Below, piece by piece: positions 1 through 11,044 of a stretch of DNA of 64,000 nucleotides; the first letter of the stretch is position 1, and each line of letters begins with the position of its first letter. Source of the DNA: Felis catus (taxonomy: Eukaryota); assembly GCF_018350175.1 (NCBI RefSeq), contig NC_058368.1:28150001-28214000 (forward strand), written 5' to 3'. Made by a program: the position numbers and the translations under genes. Below the pieces are notes generated by a model, which had not been told where the DNA came from, made no database searches, and worked only from the letters and a program-made list of their open reading frames with translations.

Positions 1-670
1 TGTGATATTACTTTCATAAGAACCATGATGACTCTGGAAGATTTATTGATGACAGTCTTCCACATGAAAAGCTAAAAAAGAAAAAGACTTTGATTTTGGA
101 CTGATTGATTTTTCTGCCCTAATGTAATAGGTAGAAGATTGCCTTTCCTCCAGGAAGTTCCAGAGAAATATTTTATTTTGTTGCCTTTCAGACTCTTAAG
201 GAAACAATGATTCATGTTTACCTTACTGTTAGATGATTATGATGAATAGGTGAATTACACCAGCATTTGACATTCACAGCAGGTGCACATAGCAATATGA
301 AGACTATTTCTATTTATATATGATTTCCAAATGTTAACCCAGACTAAAAGAAATGCGTGTGGTATGCAGCGATAGCTAAAGGCATTTCCACATGCCCCAT
401 GTATAGCTTTAGGGGAGGAGGAAATAAATCCAAATATGGATAAGCCCAGGACCCATCTCATGAATAAGCAGTTGCTTCTTGAAGTGACTTCAAAGTCACT
501 AGGATATACCTGTCTTCCCGCAACTCTCTCTCTCTCTCTCTGATGATATTTAAAAATGCTCACATTGACTTCTGTTTAAACTTGAGCCCTTGCTAAAATA
601 TAAATGTTAATGGAGGAACATTTCACATAGTGAGGAAGCTAAAATATTTAGCCATTATGTATGTTAATTC

Positions 671-1090
671 TGCATCAGTCGGGGTTCTTCAGAGAAACAG
701 AACCAATAGGATGTATATATTTAGAAAAAGCGAGATTTATTTTAAGGAATTGGCTCACGTAATTATGGGAGATGGCAGATCTGAAATGTGCAGGGCAGAC
801 CAGCAACCTGGAAATTCTGACAGGAGTCAATATTGTAGTCTTGAGTCCAAAAGTAATCTGGAGGCCAAATTCCTTCTTCCTTGAGAGGACCATAATCTTT
901 TTTCCTTAAAGCCTTTGACTGAGTGGGTGAGACCCACGCACATGACAGAGAGTAATCTGACTTGCTCAAAGTCTACTGATTTAAATGTTAATCATATTTT
1001 TAAAATACTTTCAAAGAAACATCTAGGCCGGTGTTTCACAAAACAAGTGGGCACCATAGTCTAGCCAAATTGACGCATATAACAAATCAA
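671..1090 (-). mobile_element. MLT2-type (ERVL) solo LTR
   Basis: Begins tgcatcagtcggggttcttcagagaaacagaaccaatagga, the reverse complement of the MLT2 3' terminus. Ends gggcaccatagtctagccaaattgacgcata, matching the MLT2 5' part. Confidence 0.85.
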
Positions 1091-1485
1091 AGGTCACGAG
1101 GGCACCTTGGCTTGAATTAGTTCACTGTATTTGTCAGTTTCCTGGGAGGTCAGTGTTTGGGAAAGGCTAGTTTTGACAAGGCATAACAGAGGGGAAGGAA
1201 GAAAAGAACAATAGGACAAGACTAGCTGCCATTTGGAAGCATTAAGTCAAACATTGCAGGGGAGGGGAATCCAAGACCAAAAAGGGCACAGAGAGGGCAC
1301 AGGATGCTGGGGATTCAGTTTTGCGAAAGGGAAGCCAGGGATGTGAAAGTAAGTTCCTCCACAAAAGTTGGAGGGTGAGCAGGAGTATGGATGCAGTATA
1401 AAACAGAATTAGCCGATAGCTTCTAAACTCATCTGCACAGGCCCTTGGACCACTCTTGAACTAGTGCTTTGTTGGATCTTAGTAA

Positions 1486-1720
1486 GATTTACTGATTAAG
1501 ACTCACCATGTTCCAGACAGGATTCTAATTTCTTATATAGTAATTCACTTAATCTTCCCAACAATGAAATGAAAATGCTTCTATTATTGTTCCCATTTTA
1601 CAAGTAAGAAAACTAAGACCTAGAGAGATGAGGCTCGCCCAGGGTCACACAAGTAGAAATCCGTAGAGCTGGGATTTGAACCTATGCAGTCTGATGTCAG
1701 AGCTTGTGCTCATGAACACT
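1486..1720 (-). mobile_element. MIR SINE
   Basis: Reverse-complement MIR core: cccattttacaagtaagaaaactaagacctagagag...cagggtcacacaag...ctgggatttgaacc. Confidence 0.85.
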
Positions 1721-2412
1721 ATTCAATTGTCTCTGAAACTGCTGTTGAAGACATTGTCCAGGAAGTGGTTCTGTGTTCCCTCTGTTAGGACGTACACATA
1801 TACAATATGTTCCTTTTAGTACCAGGAAAAAGATTGTATCTCCCAAGGAGCTGGTTTATTCAGATGTATCAGATAATGTAACTCATTGGGTTTTATCCTT
1901 TTACATAGTTTATAATTTTTTCTATTTCGAATTACCCTAAACCCTATTTGTAAGTAAGGGTATAAATCCCCCCAAATTTGTAGCACTGTATACATTCTTT
2001 CATTATTCAAAATTACCAAGTAGCTATGGACTTGGAGAAATTTCATATTTTTGAGGAAGTCCTATTATCCCCCCCCCCAAAAAAAAACAAACAGTCTAAA
2101 AATGATTTCTCTGAAAGGAACATATAGGCACAAACAAATACTAAGATTTCAAGAACTCACAGTGCAACATTAAGTGGGAGTAGATGGGAATAATCTACTG
2201 GAAATTTCAGGCTTTGGAAGAACTGGCCCCAGCTCTTTTCTTCAACATTCAGAGGAGCCAAACTTCCCATATTAGCTAGCCCTCTGGGAGCCCATCTAGA
2301 GAATACTGAACACAAGGTTCTTAAGAAAAAAAATTCAGAAAAGTAGGGCCTGAGACCTCTAAGGTGTAGAACAATTCTAGATGGGGGATTAGGCAAAATA
2401 AAAACCCATGTT

Positions 2413-2536
2413 GGGGGTGCTTGAGTGGCCTAGTCGGTCAAACACTTGATTCGTGATTTTGAATAAGGTCTTGATCTCACAGTCATGAGTTTGAAACCCA
2501 TATTGGTCTTTATGCTGGGTGTGGAGCCTGCTTAAG

Positions 2537-2580
<44 letters not shown>

Positions 2581-2648
2581 CCAAAAAGAAAGGAAGGAAG
2601 GAAGGAAGGAAGGAACAAAGGAACGAAGGAAGGAAGAAGAAAGGAGGA

Positions 2649-2688
<40 letters not shown>

Positions 2689-2700
2689 AAAAGAAAGAAA
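2413..2700 (+). mobile_element. Old CAN-SINE with (CT)n and (GGAA)n/(GAAA)n tail
   Basis: Decayed head gggggtgcttgagtggcctagtcgg and ggagcctgcttaagattctctc. (CT)n at ~2538-2572 and purine microsatellite at ~2587-2700. Confidence 0.8.
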
Positions 2701-3076
2701 GCAAGCTCATGGAATCCTGGCAAAGCAAGAACACAGTGGCTGGTCCCTTGTTCTGCTTCTGGTTTATGCTTCTGTTTCTATTGCTTCTCCAGCCCTGATT
2801 TCCCTTGTTGACCAAGCCTGGTTTGTGCTATCTGCTCCCTGGCCTTGATTTTTGTGTATAGAGTCCAGTCCATGCCCTGTCAGGGGCCTCCAACTGACAC
2901 CAAGCCATCACTCTACTTTCGTCAGTAATTATGTCCACTCCAACTCCTGCCTTCTGTAGCTGCCAACATATGGCTTTGTCTCTGTTCCTGTCCACTGTGA
3001 CTCAGCCTGCAGACCCCACAGCTAAGACGTCTCCTTCACAGTGGGATGGCAGCCTCCACATTGCCCAGGATACAAA

Positions 3077-3345
3077 ATGGAAGACCTGGACACAAACCAG
3101 ATCCATCACCTGAAACCCCATGGCCAGAGCTTCCAGAACCATCACGCTGGGACTGTAAGGTCCCAGCCTTGGTTCCTCTTTGCAGGTGCCTGAGTTAAGC
3201 GCAATAGGACATAAGCAATGTTCAGCTCCTTTCCTAGCTCAGGCTGGAGTGTTCATGGAGCTGTGGACAAGGCGTGTCTTTCCTCCATACAGAATGAACA
3301 TTCATATGAGCCAGCCAACTGGTCGGGGCTGCCAGTAGGCCACAT
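3077..3345 (+). mobile_element. Decayed Ty3/Gypsy (sushi-ichi/PEG10-like) gag relic
   Basis: Frame from 3183 reads QVPELSAIGHKQCSAPFLAQAGVFMELWTRRVFPPYRMNIHMSQPTGRGCQ*AT. This resembles recalled PEG10 Gag [53 protein letters not shown], with TAG (3336-3338) at the conserved Trp. Confidence 0.65.
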
Positions 3346-4054
3346 CGTTCATGTGCTCTGAACCAGAAACGGCAGGAAAACCCAGGTCAGAAAACACTAA
3401 AGCCGAGGTTATGAGATAATCCGGAAAGTCCAGAGGACTTTATGAGGGGTACCTCATAAACCACACACACATCCTAGGCAATAAAAATCTAACCACATGG
3501 TGGTACTTGCAAAAGACAGAAGGATGCTTGGGACACAGGAGTCTCAGATGCTTCCAGTGACCACTGGAAATCAATGTTCCCGTTGGTTGGTTGGCAACTC
3601 TTTCAAGACCTCAACCAACCCCTCCCCTCCTTTCTCATAGACCGTGGGATCCTTTGTCGAGGAATCACACCATTGCTTGACATCCCATGATCTTAACTCT
3701 GAATGCTGAGCCATTCTTTAGGACTATGGGGCCCACCCATATCAAAACTGTCCATTTGAAAGCATCTCTTGGACAATCTTAATCTAAAAAGTGTTGTGAT
3801 TAATCGAGGGTGTCTGCATTTAAGGGCTTCCAGAATCATTCTCAGATTCATGCCATCAACCCAGTCCTGTGTTCATCTGCACCTTCTCCCTGTCCTCTCA
3901 TCCAGAAGGCATGACCTTTACGTACTTACTTGAGAAAAAAAATGTACAACTACGACATTTGTATGGAGCCTGAGAGATCGTCATTCAAAAGCTGTGCATG
4001 GATAGAAAATTTGGTAATGAGACAGACCATGTGACACCCTTTATAAGCAAGTGG

Positions 4055-4690
4055 TCCACCTGGTTGCAAAAGGTAGAAGACCCTTTAGGGGCGCCTGGGT
4101 GGCTCAGTCGGTTGGGCAAAAGGTAGAAGACCCAAACCAATCTAGATTACATGAAAAGGGACTTACTGACCCACATAATGAGAAAATCTGACAGTAGGCT
4201 TGATGACTTCAGATTGTGCTGGATTGAGGGCCACATCAATGTCATTAGGATCTAGTTGTTTCCCTTCCCTTCACTGACAACTGTGTCTTCCTTCATGGTG
4301 AATTTGGGCACAGGGTGCCCATGCTAATAAGGTGGTGGCAGTAGATTCAGTCCTTATAAACTTTTTAGGTTTTAGGTCCAACTAGAAATACCAAGTCCAC
4401 CTTCCAACTGCTGAAATACTCATTCTGAAATTCCTTCTCTTGGCCCTCATAGACCTAATTTAAGTCATACGCCATCCCCGAACCAAACCCAGTGACTGGG
4501 AGATAGAACACACTGATTGATTTAGCTTACCCTGCAAGCTCCACCCTAGATCCTAGGAAGGAATCAGCATCAGCTTTCTGGAACCACATGCACAAAGAGT
4601 GAGGGAGGAGTCTCTTGACGGAACAAAAGTACTGTAATCACGGGAAGGGAGACCGGATGCTGGGTGGGAACAACAGCAAAAGTCAACCCC
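4055..4690. mobile_element. Old MaLR LTR (MLT1K/J/L-like)
   Basis: Motifs ggttgcaa..agaagacccaaaccaa...cacataatgagaaaatctg, aagtcatacgccatccccgaaccaa and ggatgctgggtgggaacaacagcaaaagtc are typical of old MLT1 LTRs. Confidence 0.65.
4088..4117 (+). mobile_element. 30-nt CAN-SINE 5' head fragment between 18-bp direct repeats
   Basis: ggggcgcctgggtggctcagtcggttgggc. Direct repeat gcaaaaggtagaagaccc at 4066-4083 and 4116-4133. Confidence 0.85.
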
Positions 4691-6115
4691 GGATTCCTAG
4701 GGCTGCCTTAGAACCAGGCTTTCGTTTCTGCCATATTTGTTTCCGTGTGTTTTTTCTTTAAGTGACGTAAAATTGGTATATAACATTATATAAGTTTTAC
4801 GCTTACAACATTATAATCCAATATTTGTGTATCGAATACAAAGTGGTTACCACTCTAAGTCCCCTTCTTGCCCATCACCATGCACCTGAGCCACTCCACT
4901 CATTTCTCCCGCTTCCCAACCCCTTTCCCCCACCCTGGTAATCACTGATCTGTTCCCTGTACCTTTAAGTTTGCTTTTGTCTTATTTGTTGGTTTTGCTT
5001 TTTGGATTACACATATAAATGAAATCCTATGGCATTTGCTTTTTTTTCTGTCTGACTTCTTTCACTCCCCATAATACCCTCAAGTTCCATCCATGTTGTG
5101 GCAAATGGCAAGATTCTTTTCTCTTTTATGGTTAAGTAGTATTCCACCGTGTATTACGTATATACATCTTCTTTATCCATTTGTCCATCGCTGGACACTT
5201 ACTTTGTTTCCAGATCTTAGTTACTGTAAATAATACTGCAATGAACATAGAAGTGCATGTATATTTTGTACAAGTGCATGTATATTTTACAGTTTTTGTA
5301 TTCTTTACATAAATACCTAGAAGTAGAACAGCTGGGTCATATGGTAGTTCTATTTTCAATTTTTGGAGGAACCTCTATGTTGTTTTCCATAATGGCTGAA
5401 CCAATTTCCATTCCCAGTAACAGTGTACAAGGGTTGTCTTTTTCCCATATCCTCTCCAACATTTGTTATTTCCTCTTTTTGATTAAAGCCATTCTAACAG
5501 GTATGACATGATATCTTCCCTCTATAGCCAGTTTGTTCAGAATTTTCATCATAAATGAGTGTTGAATTTTGACAAATGTTCTCCCTGTGTTTCTCGAGAT
5601 GATCGTATGATTTTGATCCTTCATTTTGTTAATGTGCTATATCGCATTGATTGATTTGCAGGTGTTGAACCATCTTTGCATCTCTGGAATAAATCCCACT
5701 TGATTGGGTGGTGTATGATCTTTTTAATGTCCTGTTGAATTCAGTTTGCTAATATTTTGTTGGGGATTTTTGTATCTATGCATATTAAGGATATTGTCTT
5801 GTAATTTTCATTTTGTGGATGGTCTTATCTGGTTTTGGTATCAGGTAAAGCCAGTCTTGTAAAATGAATGTGGAAGCATTCCTTCCTCTCCGATTTTTTC
5901 GGAAGAGTTTGAGAAAGATAGGTGTTAGATCTTTGAATGTTTGATAGAATTCACCAGCAAAGTAGAAGAAAAAATTCATCAGTGAAGTTTTCTGGTCCTG
6001 GACATTGGCTTGTTGGGAGGTTTTTGATTACTGAGTCAATCTTCTTACTAGTAACTAGCCTTTTCAGATTTTCTATTTCTTCCTGATTCAGGCCTTGTTT
6101 TTTAAATACATTCTC

Positions 6116-6326
6116 GGGGCGCCTGGGTGGCGCAGTTGGTTAAGCGTCCGACTTCAGCCAGGTCACGATCTCGCGGTCCGGGAGTTCGAGCCCCGCGTCG
6201 GGCTCTGGGCTGATGGCTCAGAGCCTGGAGCCTGTTTCTGATTCTGTGTCTCCCTCTCTCTCTGCCCCTCCCCCGTTCATGCTCTGTCTCTCTCTGTCCC
6301 AAAAATAAAATAAACGTTTAAAAAAA
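6116..6326 (+). mobile_element. Young felid CAN-SINE (SINEC_Fc-like)
   Basis: Near-consensus, CpG-rich body. TSD taaatacattc at 6103-6113 / 6327-6337. Confidence 0.97.
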
Positions 6327-6786
6327 TAAATACATTCAGCTACTTTGTGTATTTTGATTTGACAATTCAGTTCATTTATATTTAAAGTTATTATTGGTAG
6401 GTATGTGCTTATTGTCATTTTGTTGTTTGTTTCCTGGCTGCTTTTGTCTTTCTCTGTTTCTTTCTTCTCTTGCTCTCTTCTTTGGTGGTTTGGTGATTTT
6501 CTTTAGTGTTATATTTAAATTCCTTTCTCATTGTCTTTTGTGTGATTGCTATAGATTTTTGCTTTGTGGTTACCATGTGGTTTACATATAACATCCTATA
6601 TGTCTAAAACAGTCTATTTTGAATTGATAGTATCTTAAGTTTTGGTGGATTCTAAAACTTCTACATTTTAACACCCACCCATGTTCTTTTTTGATGCCCT
6701 ATTTTATATCTTTTTATTTTGTGTATCCTTTAACTAATTATTATAGTTTTACTGCTTTTGGCTTTCAATGTTCACATTAGCTTTAT

Positions 6787-7008
6787 TCTCTTTTAAAGAT
6801 TTTTTTTAATGTTTACTTACTTTTGAGAAAGAGAGAAAGAGTGTGAGTGGGGGAGGGACAGAGAGAGAAGGAGACACAGAATCCGAAGCAGGCTCCAGGC
6901 TCTGAGTTGTTAGCACAGAGCCTGACATGGGACTCGAACCCACAAACCATGAGATCATGACCGGAGCCGAAATCGGACACTTAATCGGCTGAGCCACCCA
7001 GGTTCCCC
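6787..7008 (-). mobile_element. Felid CAN-SINE
   Basis: Reverse-complement SINE. TSD ttcacattagcttta 6771-6785 / ttcatgttagcttta 7009-7023. Confidence 0.95.
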
Positions 7009-8030
7009 TTCATGTTAGCTTTATAAGTGGCTAATCCACTACTTCTAACTATGTATTTGCATTTACCAGTGAGATTTTTACTTTAATTTGTTTTCTTGTT
7101 TCTAGTTAGCATCTTTTCTTTACAACTTAAAGAAGTCCCTTTAATATTTCTTATAAGGCTGGTTTAATGGTGATAATAAACTCCTTTAGTTTTTGCTTGT
7201 CTGGAAAACTCTTTATCTTTCCTTCAATTCTGAATAGTAACCTTGCCAAGAGTATACTTACTTACTTTTTTCCTTTCAACACACTCCCACCTGTGCAATT
7301 TCTGCTGAAAAAATCAGCTGATAATCTTATGGGGGTTTCCTTGTATGCAAAAGTTGTTTTTGTCTTGCTGTTTTTAACATTCTCTATCTCTCACTTTGTA
7401 TATTTTAATTATAATGTATCTTGGTGTATATCTCTTTGGGTTCATCTTATTTGGAACTCTCTGAACTTCCTGGAGCTGCATGTCTGTTTCCTTATCCAGG
7501 TTAAGGAGAATTTCAGCCATTATTTTTAAAAATAAGTGTTCTACCTTTTTCCATCTCTCTTCTCCTTTTGGGAAGCCTATGGTGCAAATACTATTCTGTT
7601 TAATGTTGTCTCACAGTCCCTTAAGCTAGCTTCAGTTTTTAAAAAAAATTATTTTCTTTTTTGTTTGCCACCCTAGTGGGGGGAGTTCCACTGCCCTGTC
7701 TTCTAAGCCACTGATCCATTCTTCTATTTCATTTAGTCTGTTGTTTAAACCATCTAGTTTTTTTTTTCAGTTAAGTTATTGTATTATTCAGCTCTGTGAC
7801 TTCTGTTTAGTACTTTCTTATGTTTTCTATCTCTTTGTTAAAGTTCTCACATGTTCATCCGTTCTTCTCCCAAGTTCAGTGAGCATCTTTATGACCATTA
7901 ATTTGAATTCTTCATCAGGTAGATTACTTACCTCCATTTCATTAAGCTCTTTTTCTGAGGTTTTATTTTCTTCTTTCATTTGGAACACATTCTTCTGTCT
8001 CCTCATTCCCTTGACTCTCTGTGTTTGTTT

Positions 8031-8273
8031 GTTTTTATTTTTTTTACGTTTATTTATTATCGAATGAGAGAGAGACAGACAGACAGAGCATGAGCAAGGT
8101 CGGGTGGGGGGGGGGGGGTGGTGGCAGAGAGAAGAGGAGACACAGAATCTGAAGCAGGCTCCAGACTCTGAGCTGTCAGCATAGAGCCGGATGCAGGGCT
8201 CGAACTCACAAACCGTGAGATCATGACCTGAGCCGAGGTAGGACGCTTAACTGATTGAACCACCCAGGCGCCC
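8031..8273 (-). mobile_element. Felid CAN-SINE
   Basis: Reverse-complement SINE. TSD tctctgtgtttgttt at 8016-8030 / 8275-8289. Confidence 0.95.
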
Positions 8274-10244
8274 GTCTCTGTGTTTGTTTTTATGTGCTAG
8301 CCCAAACAGCTATTTCTCCCAGTCTTGAAGGAGTGACTTTGTGTAGGAGGTGAATTTTATTCAACCTCGCCCTCGCTTTTGGTTGCTTCTCAGAATTTTG
8401 TGATTGTCTAAGTAGCCTGTTTTGTCCTTGATAGGTCCCAGGTTTTGAGGGTGTGCCAGAAACCTGTTAGGGCTCCAAAAGGAGAAATCTCAGTCAATAC
8501 CTAGTTTCAGGCTAATTATAAGCCAGATCCTCAGGCAAAAGCTTTCAAGGTCTGTACATATATACAGTCTTGAATATCTGAATCATAAACCCTGTCGACT
8601 TCAGACAAGGAGATCTAGAAGTGTCCGCTGAGTGACTGCTGCAAAAATTATGGCTTTAGATGTGTGTATAAGCTGTTCCGTGGGAAGTATTGGAGAGCTC
8701 TGGTGAGGCCAAGAGAGGGTGCTGATACTGTGTTTCTCTGCCCATGGTCCCTGAGAGCACATCTTGTAGCCTCTAGATGTGTAGCAACCTGAAGCCTGGC
8801 CCTCAGGCTGAAGCTCCTGACAAGAAAATAGGCCCTTTTCACATGAAGACTGGGGATGTGTTTCAGTCTGCTGTTTGTACAATGCCCTGAGGGTCATAGC
8901 CTGCCAAGAACTGTCTCCTTAATTCTTTCAGACCCATCAGGCCCAGAAACACAATCCCCTTCTGGCCACTAGGGCCAGATGCTCAAGGGACATCCCCTGT
9001 GTGGGCTGTGCATGCTTGCCCACTGTGGCAGGGCAGGCCACAGTTGTGACACATGGTTGGCAGGGCACTTGGTTGGCCCGTGGCTGGATAGGCCACGACT
9101 GCTGCACTCAGGAGTGGGAAGGTCCCCAGAGCTAGTAGGCTAGAGGTGGGATGCAAAAATGGCACCCACCAGCATCAGCCCCAACAAAGCAGAAGACCCC
9201 AAAATGACACTATGAATGCCCCATCCCTGGAGAAAGTCCCCAAAGTCCCCGGAAGATGCTTTAAGATTAACAAATAAGTTTCCTTTGCGTATGGTCTTGG
9301 CCCATTTCAAAATGTTGATTTTGCACTGAGTCTCAGGGTGAATGTGTGAGAACCTTAAGAGCATATTTTTCTGTTCCCTAGAGCCCTATGGTTCTCTTGG
9401 AAGTAAACCCTGTTGGTTTTCAAGGCCAGACATCTTGGAGCTCATCTCTCCACTGCAGGTCCCAAATGTTGGGTGCCTTAAGTGGTGCACAAATTCTTTG
9501 CTGTTCAGGAACAAGTTCCATATTATGAGATCCCACCCGACTGGGGTTGGGTCTTTGTGAGACCATGTCTCCACCTCTCCTACCTGTCTTGATGTTGCCT
9601 TTTTATCCTTTGTTTTAAAGGCATTGTTCAGCTAGCTTTCAGATCCTTTCAGAGGGATTATTGCATACGTAGCTATAGATGTGTTGTGCTCATGGGATAA
9701 GATGAGTTCGGGATCCTTCTATGCTACTGTCATGAATCTTCCTTCTTGTTTCTGTGTTCTTGATCCAGCCTCGGCCTCAGCCTACCTCACTCTTATCTGG
9801 TCTTGACTCTTATGTATAAGCAACTCACAGCCTGTCTGATCTGTTAGTCCTGCCTGTGGTTCTGCCTCAGTCAATTTCTGCTTATCAAACCTCAATTCCA
9901 CGGAAGTCTTGCTGAGACCATTAGCAAAGTCAAACCTGAAGCCTGCTATACAGTGTTTCCAATTTGAGCCCTCCTGACTCTATCTATTACCGGTCATACT
10001 AAAAGTAGGCAGAAGCTGAGATTTCTGTGATTCAGACCAACAGGAATGAAGCTGTATAAATGAAGGGATTATTTAGGGATGCATGCAGGGAAGAAAGGAC
10101 ATAGTCAAGTGATAGCTATAGAGAAACAGAATTGCATTTAACCATAGAACTCTTTCCAGCAATAGTTGATTGACAGACTGCTAGAACTGCAAGGAATTTT
10201 AGAAAATATTCTTTACTGTCAAGAAGACAGAGAGCACATATGTG

Positions 10245-11044
10245 TATATCAGGTAAGATTCTAGGGTGTTTCAACTAAAATTCTAGCTGGAAAAAGAAAA
10301 TTAATTTATATTGAGTTAAACAAAACAAGCCATGTCTAGCTTTCAGTATATAGAAAACCAGATGCTGAAATGATGTCCTCAGGAATCTTTTTCTCTCCGA
10401 GTTCTGCTTTCATCTATGGGGAAATCATGGTCAGGCACACTCTTCCCCAGAAGGGGAAAGATGGTCACAAGCTGCAGACCCACATCATATCAGCTTAGCA
10501 CTCCAGCAAAAAAGAGCATATCATCTTTCCCGATATCTAGTCTAAGTCCCAGGGAAGGCTCTCATTGCCCAAGCTTGGGTCACATGCCCACACGTCAAGC
10601 AATTGCCGTAGCTAAGTGTAAGAAACACCGTGAATGGCCTGGCTCAGGGCATTTTAACATATGATTATGAGCGTGGAGCTCCAAGGTGACTTGGATTGAA
10701 ATCTCACTTCCTCTACATGTTGGATGTGTGCTGTGAGTCATTTTCTTTGACTGCAAAAGGGAGATAAGAGTTGGAGCTTATACGAGCATTGTGAAAACAA
10801 AGAGAGTTCATAGATGTTATGTGCTTAGAACAAGTCTGGTGCATGTGTACACCCCATAAATCAGATACCTTGATTATTGCTATGATGGTGATGATGATTA
10901 GTTCTCTGTATAGGGAGTGTGGTTAGCCACACAAAAACAGCATGTTCTGAGAATGAAAGAGAGGAGGTTCCTGAAAGATAGGGCTCTATTATCAGAAGAA
11001 GGGTAAGGAATATTGATCAAGCAAAAACAACAGGTAGCCCCTAT
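10245..11044. mobile_element. Old MaLR LTR (MLT1K/L-like) interrupted by a MIR at ~10655-10880
   Basis: gtcccagggaaggctctcattgcccaagcttgggtcacatgccca and tattatcagaagaagggtaaggaatattg are MLT1K/L-like. The intervening segment has MIR features (gtgcttagaacaagtctggtgcatg). Confidence 0.6.

Larger units (their letters stand above)
4749..9745 (-). mobile_element. L1 (L1MA9/L1_Carn-like) retaining both ends, ORF2 largely deleted, three SINE insertions
   Basis: 3'UTR and ORF2 C-terminus (5132-5359 IELPYDPAVLLLGIY), ORF2 middle (FAGEFYQTFK), ORF2 start (6418 MTISTYLPIITLNINELNCQIK), ORF1 remnants and 5'UTR-like end near 9740. Candidate TSD ttgtttccgtgt 4737-4748 / ttgtttctgtgt 9746-9757. Confidence 0.85.

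Noticed and set aside
6102..6302. ORFs MGQRETEHERGRGRERG... and MAQSVKRPTS... (also 14377-14697, 25896-26099, 48217-48399 and others)
   Set aside because: These are translations of CAN-SINE sequence, not genes.
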